Sequence record: SRR31156797_2362 | DNA: 44,816 nucleotides | Strand: one strand, 5' to 3' | Shown: one piece after another, positions 9,431 through 18,697 of the stretch | How the letters are laid out: each line of letters starts with the position of its first letter | How positions within the stretch are numbered: position 1 is the stretch's first letter | Made by a program: the position numbers and the translations under genes | The notes under the pieces: model-generated | Databases searched by the model: none | What the model was told of the DNA's origin: nothing | Seen by the model: only the letters and a program-made list of their open reading frames with translations

Positions 9431-10303
9431 CTAACCGATGAGCTGCATTGCCATTCTGGGCATGCTGTTCGCCTGCGAGAGCATAGCCACTGCGGACTGG
9501 GTCAGGATCTGGTTGCGGGTGAACTCAGTCATTTCAGTTGCAACGTCAACGTCGGAGATGCGGGATTCCGCAGCCTGAACGTTTTCAGCCTGGATGGACA
9601 GGTTGGTAATGGTGTTTTCCAGCCTGTTCTGCAGGGCACCGAGGTTAGCGCGGATCTTATCCTTGGAGATAATAGCCTTGTTCAGCTTATCCAAGGACTG
9701 CTGTGCCAGAGCCTGGGTTGAAATGGAGTTACCGGCAGCAATACCAACACCGAGTGCTGACGCGGTGGAGGTGTTAATGGAAACGTAGTAGTAGTCTTCT
9801 GCGGAGTCGTTACCAGCACCGAAGTGAACCTTAATCTTACCAGTAGAAGTCTTTCCGGCTCCGCTGTGAGCACCGGATACGTTACCATTAAGCAGGTGAA
9901 TGCCGTTAAAGTCAGTCGCATTTGCAATACGAGTGATTTCTGAAGCCATGGCCTGATATTCGGAGTCGATAATCATGCGCTGGTCAGAGTTGTAGGTACC
10001 GGTTGCGGCCTGAGTTGCAAGCTCCTTCATACGGATGAGCTTTTCATCAATAACACCGAGAGCGCCGTCAGCGGTCTGGATCATTGAAATTGCATCGTTG
10101 GCGTTACGGATACCCTGGTTGAGTGACTTAATGTCAGCGCGCATAAGTTCGCGAATTGCGAGACCTGCAGCATCGTCAGCCGCGGTTCCAACACGAAGAC
10201 CTGAAGACAGGCGACGAGTTGATACACCGAGGTTGCCGTATGATTCTGCAAGGTTGCGAGAAGCATTCATAGCCATCAAGTTGTGGTTAATTACTAAAGA
10301 CAT
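9431..10303 (-). CDS. fliC: flagellin (short, 290 aa)
   Basis: INHN..AMNA, RLSSGLR, AADDAAGLAI, LGALQNRLE, SRISDVDVA.EM. Confidence 0.97.
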   Translation of the reverse strand: MSLVINHNLMAMNASRNLAESYGNLGVSTRRLSSGLRVGTAADDAAGLAIRELMRADIKSLNQGIRNANDAISMIQTADGALGVIDEKLIRMKELATQAATGTYNSDQRMIIDSEYQAMASEITRIANATDFNGIHLLNGNVSGAHSGAGKTSTGKIKVHFGAGNDSAEDYYYVSINTSTASALGVGIAAGNSISTQALAQQSLDKLNKAIISKDKIRANLGALQNRLENTITNLSIQAENVQAAESRISDVDVATEMTEFTRNQILTQSAVAMLSQANSMPRMAMQLIG

Positions 10304-10326
10304 GTTTTCCTCCTTGAAAAGTGATC

Positions 10327-10344
10327 TTTGGCTTCCTTGCCAAA
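10327..10344 (-). promoter_or_regulatory. putative CsrA-binding hairpin in the flagellin 5' UTR
   Basis: mRNA UUUGGC-AAGGAA-GCCAAA, with GGA in a hexaloop; further AAGGA at the SD and near the 5' end. Confidence 0.6.
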
Positions 10345-10399
10345 AACATTGCCTTGGAACTAAAGGTTCACAAAGCCATACTGGTCCTTCGTGCCTACT

Positions 10400-10426
10400 T
10401 GATCGTCTGAAACTTAGATTACTTTA
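10400..10426 (-). promoter_or_regulatory. sigma28 promoter of flagellin
   Basis: minus strand TAAA-N15-GACGATCA. Confidence 0.75.
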
Positions 10427-10456
10427 GGGTTCAGGTTCACTTTTTGTTTTTTCAAT

Positions 10457-10492
10457 AAAAAAAGGGACCTCCGTTTATGGAGATCCCTTTTT
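10457..10492 (-). terminator. terminator after tsaB
   Basis: AAAAAGGGA-C-CTCC...GGAG-A-TCCCTTTTT hairpin. Confidence 0.7.
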
Positions 10493-10518
10493 GAAATATT
10501 AATTTTTATAAAAAAGAA

Positions 10519-11322
10519 TTAACGGGGAGTAATGTTCTTAAGCCGTTCCTTTGCCGTTTCAAGGGAGATACCCCGTTTGCTGGTTATGGCTTCAAGGTTT
10601 TCTTCAGCATCTGAGCCGCGCAGGTACATGGGCATGGACATTTCTTCTGAATATTCAGCATGTGTGGCCGCATCCAGCATATCCTGTTCCGCAGGGACAT
10701 TGAACTTTTCTTGCATAGCTGAGAACTGGGAATGCGTTGCCAGAAATTCGTCAAAAAAAGTTTTATTTTTTAGCAGTCCACTGCCGAGCAGAACCGCTTT
10801 TTCCTGTTTGTATGAAAGGATTACTTCCACTGCTTCCTGAACTGTAATCGGCAGGGGCGGGGTTATGGCAGTCAGGGACCCGTTCTCATTGAGCGTTTCA
10901 AAGCCCTGAAGATAGACTTGCATTCTCCGTGAATGAGTGACTGCCCAGACAGGCATGCCGCTGACAAGGGCAGCCCCTTTAGCAAGGATCGGCAGGTAGT
11001 CCATTGCTGCTACAGGACAGCCGTTTCCAGCGGAAATTCCTGCTGCAGCAGCAAAGGTCAAGCGTAATCCGGTAAAACTTCCCGGGCCTGCGGTTAAAGC
11101 AATGCGGGAGATGTCTCTGGCTTCGTAGCCGAAGAGTTTCAGGGAATCCCGGATGGACGGAATTAAAAAATTGACCGAACGCCCCGGTACAACCAGTTTT
11201 TTAGCTTCCAGCAGGGAATAGGGCTCTTCCTCTTCTTCCCGGCGAGCCAGGATAATCTGTAAAGTCTCTTCTGTGCCGTTGATGGCCAGCAGGAGGTCTT
11301 CTTTTTCTGTTGATAAATTCAT
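10519..11322 (-). CDS. tsaB: tRNA t6A37 biosynthesis protein TsaB
   Basis: LLAINGT, AGPGSFTGLR, SRRMQVY, PMYLR motifs; start abuts the rseP stop (TAAATG). Confidence 0.9.
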   Translation of the reverse strand: MNLSTEKEDLLLAINGTEETLQIILARREEEEEPYSLLEAKKLVVPGRSVNFLIPSIRDSLKLFGYEARDISRIALTAGPGSFTGLRLTFAAAAGISAGNGCPVAAMDYLPILAKGAALVSGMPVWAVTHSRRMQVYLQGFETLNENGSLTAITPPLPITVQEAVEVILSYKQEKAVLLGSGLLKNKTFFDEFLATHSQFSAMQEKFNVPAEQDMLDAATHAEYSEEMSMPMYLRGSDAEENLEAITSKRGISLETAKERLKNITPR

Positions 11323-12390
11323 TTATTTTAATACTTCTCTGGTCAGGTCATTGATAATAGCGAAAGCCATGAGACAGAGTAGGAAAATTAAGCCCATTTT
11401 AGTTGCAACCGCCTGAAGTTTTTCATTCAGGGGGCGGCGCATTACGGTTTCAAGGCTGAAAAAGAGCAGGTGTCCGCCATCCAGAACCGGGATGGGCAAC
11501 AGGTTTAGCAGCCCGAGATTGATGCTGATAAAGGCTGTGAACTGGAGCAGTTCCAACAGGCCTCGTTCTGATTGCTGTTTGATGGCTTGTGCTATCATGA
11601 TCGGTCCGCCGATGGAATCCATGGGTACGACTCGTTCAACCATTTTGACAATGCTGGTGCAGATCAGCTTAGTAACGTTCCAAGTCTGCTCCGCTGCAGC
11701 TACAGCCCCGTCAATTCCGTCCATTTCAATCGTTTTGGAATCGCCTGAAGCAACAATGCCGACCACAGGTCTGCGGATAGTTTCACCGAAAATATTCTTA
11801 AGTTCCTGAACATGAGGTTTAATAGCAATCTCTTTGGTGCTGCCATCTCTTTCAACAATAAAATCAAGGGTGTCGGACTGGCTGCTCTGGATTGTTTCAG
11901 CAAGGTCGGACCAGAAGACAATCTTGTGTCCTTCAATAGAAAGGACGTTATCACCGACTTCTATTCCGGCATGCAAGGCCGGACTGTCCGGTTGTAATTT
12001 GCCCACTTTGGGAGCAAGCCCCATCTGACCGTTGCTGATGATAATTCCCCAGAAAATAACCCATGCAAGGACAAAGTTGAATAATGGCCCTGCGGCAACC
12101 ACGATCATGCGGTGCCATGGCGGACGGTTCATAAAAAGTTCATTTTTATTGAATCCGTTATCCTCGGTCATGTCCCGTTCTTCCCCGGCAAGGCTTACGT
12201 ATCCGCCAAGGGGAATCAGGGAAAGACGGTAGTTGGTGGCTCCCCAAGTGAACCCGGCCAGTCTTGGGCCAAAGCCCAGTGAAAATGTTTTCACGCCGAT
12301 GCCGAGCATACGGGCAGCAAGGAAATGTCCAAGCTCGTGGAAGAAAATAAGCCCGCCGAGGACCAGAATAAAATCAACTATCCAAGACAT
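11323..12390 (-). CDS. rseP: RIP metalloprotease RseP (M50)
   Basis: HELGH, GFGP, PLGGYV, PDZ domain, NLLPIPVLDGG. Confidence 0.95.
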   Translation of the reverse strand: MSWIVDFILVLGGLIFFHELGHFLAARMLGIGVKTFSLGFGPRLAGFTWGATNYRLSLIPLGGYVSLAGEERDMTEDNGFNKNELFMNRPPWHRMIVVAAGPLFNFVLAWVIFWGIIISNGQMGLAPKVGKLQPDSPALHAGIEVGDNVLSIEGHKIVFWSDLAETIQSSQSDTLDFIVERDGSTKEIAIKPHVQELKNIFGETIRRPVVGIVASGDSKTIEMDGIDGAVAAAEQTWNVTKLICTSIVKMVERVVPMDSIGGPIMIAQAIKQQSERGLLELLQFTAFISINLGLLNLLPIPVLDGGHLLFFSLETVMRRPLNEKLQAVATKMGLIFLLCLMAFAIINDLTREVLK

Positions 12391-12399
12391 AATTTTTCC

Positions 12400-13602
12400 T
12401 TAGACGATGGAGTCCATCACATCCCGTCTGGTTTTAATGTCCAGTTCAAGAACCGCTCCGGCTTCGCTTACATCACAACCAGCATGGGCTTCCAGTGCTT
12501 TGCCGATGATGGCCGGAATGTCCAGAAAACGGATTTTTTCTTTCAGAAAAAGGTCGACCGCAACTTCATTTGCTGCGTTGAGCACGATGGGGTGGCTCTG
12601 TCCTGCTGCAAAGGAGTCTGCCGCATGCTTCAAGCAGGGGAAGACTTCGAGGTCCGGCTTTTCAAAGGTCAGAGTGCCTATTTCAGCCAGGTTTAACTGC
12701 TTGAGCTTCAAGGGGACACGCTGGGGGAAGCACATGCAGAAAGCAATGGGAATCTGCATGTCCGGAACGCCGAGGTGTCCAAGCTGTGAACCGTCCACAT
12801 ACTCAACCAGTGAGTGGATGATGGACTGAGGGTGAACCACCACATCCACCTGTTCCGGCGGCAGGCCGTAGAGGTGGCAGGCCTCAATAAATTCCAAGCC
12901 CTTGTTCATGAGGGTTGCGGAATCAATGCTGATTTTTGCGCCCATATCCCAGTTGGGGTGGGCCAGAGCCTGTTCGCGGGTTACAGTTTCAAGAAATTCT
13001 TTTGATTTTCCGCGGAAAGGTCCTCCGGAAGCAGTCAGGATCAGTCTGCTTACATCTTCCCCGTCGTGACCGGCCAGTCCCTGAAAGAGGGCGTTATGCT
13101 CAGAGTCCACTGGAAGAATAGTTGCGCCGGTGCGATGGCACTCTTCGCGAATGATGTGTCCGCCGAGTACAAGGGATTCCTTGTTGGCAAGGGCGATCAT
13201 CTTTCCTTTTTTGGCAGCGGCGAGGGTAGGTTCAAAGCCGGCGGCTCCGACAATGGAGGATAGTACAACGGACACCTCTTCCAGCTCGGAAAGGGCGATG
13301 TAGGCGGAGGGTCCGGTCAGGATTTCCGGCTTGTAGTCAGCCGGAAGGAGATTGCTTAGTTCCGCCGCTGCTTCATTGTTGAGTACAGCTAAGTACTTAG
13401 GGCGATGTTTGATGGCTTGTTCTGCCAACAGCTTTGCATTTCTTGCTCCGGCAAGGGCGATGATTTTGAACAGTTCCGGGTGCTGTTCAATTACTTTGAG
13501 GGTACTGGTTCCGATGGAGCCGGTGCTGCCCAGAATGGAAATTGATCTGGGGAATTCCGGTAATGTCGCTTTTGCCGGCCAAGGAGAAATATATGTTTGC
13601 AA
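12400..13602 (-). CDS. dxr: 1-deoxy-D-xylulose-5-phosphate reductoisomerase
   Basis: LGSTGSIG, LANKE, PVDSEH, TASGGPF, HPNWDMGAKISIDSATLMNK. Confidence 0.97.
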   Translation of the reverse strand: MQTYISPWPAKATLPEFPRSISILGSTGSIGTSTLKVIEQHPELFKIIALAGARNAKLLAEQAIKHRPKYLAVLNNEAAAELSNLLPADYKPEILTGPSAYIALSELEEVSVVLSSIVGAAGFEPTLAAAKKGKMIALANKESLVLGGHIIREECHRTGATILPVDSEHNALFQGLAGHDGEDVSRLILTASGGPFRGKSKEFLETVTREQALAHPNWDMGAKISIDSATLMNKGLEFIEACHLYGLPPEQVDVVVHPQSIIHSLVEYVDGSQLGHLGVPDMQIPIAFCMCFPQRVPLKLKQLNLAEIGTLTFEKPDLEVFPCLKHAADSFAAGQSHPIVLNAANEVAVDLFLKEKIRFLDIPAIIGKALEAHAGCDVSEAGAVLELDIKTRRDVMDSIV

Positions 13603-13647
13603 GTCAGTATATCCGTCTGTTTTGTGGGCTTGGGATAAAGGCCCGGT

Positions 13648-14451
13648 TTAGAAGAAAGAGTGAATTTGTCTTGCCAGAATATATACGGGAAGAGCGAGCA
13701 CAAGGCTGTCTATTCGGTCCAGCACTCCGCCGTGCCCCGGAAGTATTTTTCCGGAATCTTTAATCTGTAGTTTGCGTTTAAGGGCGGACTCGAAAAAATC
13801 TCCCATCTGGGATGCGATGTTGAGCATTGCCGCAAGACCAATCCAGTACAGAACCGGTGCATGGCCGAAAAAGTGACCGAACAAGGTGCAGCAGATGATG
13901 CAACCCGCCATTCCGCCTATTGATCCAGCCCAGGATTTTTTGGGACTGATTTGGGGCCAGATTTTCTTTTTACCGAAGAAGGTTCCGGCATAGAATGCTG
14001 CAGTGTCCGAAGAGGACGCCGCAAGAAGGACGAAAAGAATTTCCCAGCTGCTCATTGAAGTCATAAACTGCATGGTTACGGGAATATAAACCAGCCCCGC
14101 AAAGAGCACCAGACTGTCTAAATAGGTGGCCTGATCCGGCTTAGCACTATATGAAAACAGGAATCGGAAATTGAACAGCCAGAAAGCACCCAGCATGATT
14201 AAGAGCATCCAGACCGGAGAGACTGTAGCAGAAGTAAGGATTATGCCCGCCCCGGCGGCCATGCCGACAATTCTCGATACGAGGTGTGATTTGTCCTGCC
14301 AGAACATGGCATAGAATTCATGAAGAGCGATGGTGCAGAATATAGCCAGCCCGCCGATTAATACCGGTCCCCCCATGATTAAGGCTGTGGCAAGGGCTGC
14401 AACTAGGAGCAGGGAAGTGATGATTCGTTTCTGAAGGCTGCTTAGGGACAT
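13648..14451 (-). CDS. cdsA: phosphatidate cytidylyltransferase
   Basis: SDTAAF..G, ISPKKSWAG, GDFFESALKR...KDSG..LPGHGGVLDRIDS; ATG 14451 with GAGGA SD. Confidence 0.95.
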   Translation of the reverse strand: MSLSSLQKRIITSLLLVAALATALIMGGPVLIGGLAIFCTIALHEFYAMFWQDKSHLVSRIVGMAAGAGIILTSATVSPVWMLLIMLGAFWLFNFRFLFSYSAKPDQATYLDSLVLFAGLVYIPVTMQFMTSMSSWEILFVLLAASSSDTAAFYAGTFFGKKKIWPQISPKKSWAGSIGGMAGCIICCTLFGHFFGHAPVLYWIGLAAMLNIASQMGDFFESALKRKLQIKDSGKILPGHGGVLDRIDSLVLALPVYILARQIHSFF

Positions 14452-14907
14452 GAAATCCTCGGTTAAAAAATTTCCACAAAAATGCAATTAAATATATAAG
14501 TACTGCTTTTGAAAGATGGTTCTCCGCATGCGCGTGAAGCTTCATGTCTCGAAAGAAGTAAAAAGTCAGTGCCAGTTTGAAGTATATTTTGCTTAATCGT
14601 GCAAAAAACTCCATTTTTATAATTCATTAATAACTGGCGGGCAAGTCGTTGACAGTTATTTTTCCATATTAATTATCCAATGGTTATGAAGAACATACAT
14701 GCGAGTCAATCTTTTTATGAATGCCTGAGAATGGTTTCAGAACTTTATTCTTTGTGCTATGGATAGGGAAATATTATTGAGGGTTGATTTATGTTGCGGA
14801 TAAAGTGTTATTATATAAAAATTGCTAATGTTGTTCTGAGGTTGTATTGTTAAGTTGTGATTTATCCAGTGGGCGTTTCTTAGGATGTATATCCTTGCAG
14901 GGAGGGG

Positions 14908-16644
14908 ATGGTGTCACGGAGTGGAAAAGTGTCTTCGGGAACAGAAGAGTTACAAAAAATTTTGGGCAAAGCATTGAACGATTTGCAGGGGACTGACTGC
15001 CATGAGGTCGTAAGCAGGTTGAGTCGGGATATTGAAACTGCTTTTGCCAAAGATTCCGATGCAAAAGAAGATCTTGTCGAGCGGTTGACTGAGATCGGGC
15101 TGGCCCTTTCTGGTGAGACCCGGCTTGAGCGGCTGCTGGAGATGATCGTTGATGAAGCACGTGTTTTGACCCGGGCCGATGCCGGAACCCTGTATATTGT
15201 TGATAGAGAAGGCCGTAAGCTTGAATTTTCTATCCTTCAAAATGATAAAATGCAGGTCCGTATGGGCGGAACCAGCGGTAATGAGATAACACTGCCTCCG
15301 GTTCCTCTTTATACTTCAGGCAATGCTCCCAATAAGGCTAACGTCTCTTCCTATTGTGCTTTGACCGGTGAAACCATCAATATTGCTGATGTTTACGAAG
15401 CCGAAGGGTTTGATTTCACCGGACCGCGTAAGTACGACGCAGCAACCGGCTACCGATCTAAATCCATGCTTGTTTTGGCTTTGAAAAACCATGAGCAGGA
15501 TATTATCGGGGTACTGCAATTGCTTAATGCCCTTGATGATGAAGGGGAAATTCTTGAGTTCTCGGCTGATGTCGTAGATATTGTCGGCTCATTGGCTTCT
15601 CAGGCTGCCATCGCCTTGACTAACGCTCAGCTCATTCAGGGACTTAAAGATCTTCTTTATTCGGTAATTCAGAGTATTGCTGCAGCCATTGACGCCAAAT
15701 CCCCTTACACCAACGGTCACATTGAAAGGGTGGTAACCATCACCATGATGATTGCCGAGAAGGTCAATTCCATTCACGAAGGTAAATATGCGGATGTGCA
15801 TTTTACTGATGATGAACTGGAGGAATTGAAGCTCGCCGCATGGATGCATGATGTAGGTAAAATTTCTATTCCGGAGCATGTGGTTGATAAATCCACCAAG
15901 CTGGAAACTATTTTCGACCGTTCGCAAATGGTGGATGCCAGGTTCAGGCTTATTTCTGAGACTATCAAGAATAGGCAGCTTGAGGAAACTGTGGTTGCCC
16001 TTTCAAACGGGGCAGATCCTTCTCAGCTTGTTGGAATTGAAATGCGTTATGCTGTTGAACAGGAACAGGCTGAGGAAGACCGTCAGTTTATTAATTCCTG
16101 CAATATTCCTAAGGAATTTATGTCTGATGAGCGTATTGAAAGGGTTGAGAAAATTGCTGCCCGTACCTATGAAAGCAACGGCGAAAGCTTTAACTGGCTG
16201 ACCGAGGATGAGGTTAAAAACCTTTGTATCCGCAAAGGAACCCTAACAGATAAGGAACGCAAGGTTATCGAAAGCCATGCGGCGATTACCCATGAAATGC
16301 TTTCTCGTCTGCCATTCCCCAAGCGGCTTTCCCGAGTTCCTGAATTTGCAGCCGGACACCATGAAAAGCTGGATGGTTCGGGCTATCCCAATGGATTGGG
16401 CGGAGAAGAGCTGCCCTTGCAGGCACGAATTATGGCGGTTGCTGATATTTTTGAAGCTCTGACAGCTAAGGACAGACCCTACAAAAAGCCCATGAAGCTT
16501 TCGCAGGCAATCAAGATTTTAGGCTTTATGATCAAAGATAAACATATTGATGAAGAAGTTTGTAATCTCTTTATCGATTCTGGGCTATATCTGGATTACG
16601 CCCAGAGCGAACTTGATCCATCGCAATTGGAAGATGATGGATAA
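14908..16644 (+). CDS. GAF plus HD-GYP domain cyclic-dinucleotide phosphodiesterase
   Basis: GAF (ADAGTLY...TGYRSKSML...GVLQLLN), KSPYTNGH, HDVGK, HHEKLDGSGYP, ARIMAVADIFEALTA.DRPYK. Confidence 0.92.
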   Translation: MVSRSGKVSSGTEELQKILGKALNDLQGTDCHEVVSRLSRDIETAFAKDSDAKEDLVERLTEIGLALSGETRLERLLEMIVDEARVLTRADAGTLYIVDREGRKLEFSILQNDKMQVRMGGTSGNEITLPPVPLYTSGNAPNKANVSSYCALTGETINIADVYEAEGFDFTGPRKYDAATGYRSKSMLVLALKNHEQDIIGVLQLLNALDDEGEILEFSADVVDIVGSLASQAAIALTNAQLIQGLKDLLYSVIQSIAAAIDAKSPYTNGHIERVVTITMMIAEKVNSIHEGKYADVHFTDDELEELKLAAWMHDVGKISIPEHVVDKSTKLETIFDRSQMVDARFRLISETIKNRQLEETVVALSNGADPSQLVGIEMRYAVEQEQAEEDRQFINSCNIPKEFMSDERIERVEKIAARTYESNGESFNWLTEDEVKNLCIRKGTLTDKERKVIESHAAITHEMLSRLPFPKRLSRVPEFAAGHHEKLDGSGYPNGLGGEELPLQARIMAVADIFEALTAKDRPYKKPMKLSQAIKILGFMIKDKHIDEEVCNLFIDSGLYLDYAQSELDPSQLEDDG

Positions 16645-16645
16645 T

Positions 16646-16680
16646 AAAGAAGGGGAGCAACTTGGTTGCTCCCCTTCTTT
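16646..16680. terminator. bidirectional terminator between convergent genes
   Basis: AAAGAAGGGGAGCAAC-TTG-GTTGCTCCCCTTCTTT perfect stem. Confidence 0.9.
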
Positions 16681-16681
16681 A

Positions 16682-17317
16682 TTATCTCTTTTTATTATTC
16701 TCTTTCCAGTGAGTCAGTACGGTATCGATGGTCCTTAAGCGGGCTATCTTGCGGGCAATATCGATAACTGCCAGTTTGATGAGGCGGTCCTTCTTGGGAT
16801 GCATGTACTCTCCGGTCAGGTTCAGTGCATATGAGGTGGGCGGATCGAATTCCACTCCGAGAAAATCCCCATTGATGTCCACTAATGCTGAGTACTGTTC
16901 GTAATCCTCGTCATATTCTATATCCACTTCTGATGCGCCTATGACTACATAATCAATGTAGTTGTCGCGGGCTATGCTTATGATTTCATCTTCTGTAACG
17001 GTCTGCTGCGAGGTTGCGTAAGAGCGTTTGCAGGAGTCGAGCAGGAAACCTGTGATCATGCGGTCACGGTGGGTTTCAAATCCGGCTTCATTGAATTCCT
17101 GCTGCAATGATTTGTTCAGGTTGCGGATCAGGTTTTCGCATTCCTGCGGGGAAAGATTTTCCCCTTTAATGCGCGGTACAAGTGAAAAAACAATGGTCGG
17201 TTTTCCGGTCTTTTTGTAAATTTTGTATCCGTCCTTGCTTCCGCATACTCCGGTGGTTGCAAGGGACAGCACCAGCAGGGCGGAAATAATGATTGAGAGT
17301 AATGATGTTTTTTTCAT
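16682..17317 (-). CDS. exported hypothetical protein (possible TolB_N/CsgG/LpoB-like alpha/beta fold)
   Basis: signal-like MKKTSLLSIIISALLVLSLA; AAGGAG SD before ATG 17317; IARDNYIDYVVIG motif. Confidence 0.7.
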   Translation of the reverse strand: MKKTSLLSIIISALLVLSLATTGVCGSKDGYKIYKKTGKPTIVFSLVPRIKGENLSPQECENLIRNLNKSLQQEFNEAGFETHRDRMITGFLLDSCKRSYATSQQTVTEDEIISIARDNYIDYVVIGASEVDIEYDEDYEQYSALVDINGDFLGVEFDPPTSYALNLTGEYMHPKKDRLIKLAVIDIARKIARLRTIDTVLTHWKENNKKR

Positions 17318-17342
17318 GGAAAACTCCTTGGCTGTGCTCCGG

Positions 17343-18458
17343 TTACCGTTTGCAGGAATCCAGATCGGAAAGGGCATTAATCAGACTGTTGTAAAAGTTC
17401 ACATCGGACACGGACGTATGTCCTTTGGCGATTGTGGTGTCTACAGCCTTGATGCATTTTATTACATCTCCGTTACCTTGAATATAGGCTGCGGTGGTGT
17501 AGTTTCGTTCAATAAAGGCTCCAAGGTCATTGTCCTTGGTCCCGGTCTTGATGGTCAGGTTGAATCTGGTTTCAGGTTTGGGCATGCGCATACTGGTCTG
17601 GTAGACGTTGTCTCTTTCTGAGAAGCCGGATTTTTCTGAACCCTGTTGAAAGGATACGCCAAACATAGAGACCGAGGCATGGAGTCCCCTGCGAATGGCA
17701 TTGAATCTTGATTTGGGAGGCAGGACCATCATTTCCTGTGAAAGGGCTTGCGAGGCCAGCATTTGGGCCAGTGATTTGTATTTGGCCGGGTTCTGGATGC
17801 GTTTTAGCGTTCCCTTGGAGAGAGTTATGTCATCAACTGAGCAGGTCTTGGTTGAAAATAAATAATCCATATTTGCAAGACACTTACCCAGTTCGTCTTG
17901 TGCATCAGCTTTTAGCCTTTTGCGGTCGGTAAAGAATTCCACTATGGAAGCCCGTATTTGTCCGGCAAGAGGTTCGAGGCTGAAATGTTTGGTTTTGTCC
18001 AGATATGGGACTGAAATCAACATGGGCGCGGAGTATACCAGTGATTCTGACTTTGCCTGAAAGAGCAGGAAGTTCAATCCGATATAGACACGTCCTTTAT
18101 ATAGTCGTTGTTCAGCGGAACCGTACTCATCAACAAAGGAAATGACGTTATCCACAAAGAGCAGAGGGATGAGGATGGATTCGGGATCGAATTTGTCCCC
18201 GAATCCGGCTCTTTTGATAGTTATGCCTTCGTTTTTAGCAACAGCCCGCTTGAGGAAACCGAGAACTCCTTTACGCAGGGCCTTCTTAAACTGTTTGTCC
18301 TTGAGTATGCTGTCCAGTTCCGTTTTATGGCGGTCTTTTTCCTTATTGCGCACCTTGCCGATGGCGGGCTTTATAATATAAAGCTCGGCAGCCTCAGCCC
18401 ATGATCCGCAGAGAAGTGTGACCAGCAGGATAAGAACGAAACTGAATTTACGGGCCAT
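17343..18458 (-). CDS. exported hypothetical protein
   Basis: 371-aa ORF, Sec signal ending SWAEA-A. Confidence 0.75.
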   Translation of the reverse strand: MARKFSFVLILLVTLLCGSWAEAAELYIIKPAIGKVRNKEKDRHKTELDSILKDKQFKKALRKGVLGFLKRAVAKNEGITIKRAGFGDKFDPESILIPLLFVDNVISFVDEYGSAEQRLYKGRVYIGLNFLLFQAKSESLVYSAPMLISVPYLDKTKHFSLEPLAGQIRASIVEFFTDRKRLKADAQDELGKCLANMDYLFSTKTCSVDDITLSKGTLKRIQNPAKYKSLAQMLASQALSQEMMVLPPKSRFNAIRRGLHASVSMFGVSFQQGSEKSGFSERDNVYQTSMRMPKPETRFNLTIKTGTKDNDLGAFIERNYTTAAYIQGNGDVIKCIKAVDTTIAKGHTSVSDVNFYNSLINALSDLDSCKR

Positions 18459-18464
18459 AATTGC

Positions 18465-18680
18465 TTACCACTTATAGCCTTCAGTTGAATCCTGGCTTTC
18501 TTCCTGCTTGATTTCTTCAGTACGGTCTTTGGCAGATTGTGTTTCGTCCTTGAGGTCTCCAGCAGATTGGTGCACGCCTTCCATGGATTGTTTTGCAGAG
18601 TCTGCTTGTTTGAATCCGCAGCCGGAAAGGGCCATAAGTGCAACTACACAAATTAATAATATTTTAAACTTTTTCATCAA
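18465..18680 (-). CDS. small lipoprotein
   Basis: MKKFKILLICVVALMALSG-C lipobox, AGGAG SD, charged helical mature part. Confidence 0.75.
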   Translation of the reverse strand: MMKKFKILLICVVALMALSGCGFKQADSAKQSMEGVHQSAGDLKDETQSAKDRTEEIKQEESQDSTEGYKW

Positions 18681-18697
18681 TTAATCTCCTTGTCCGT

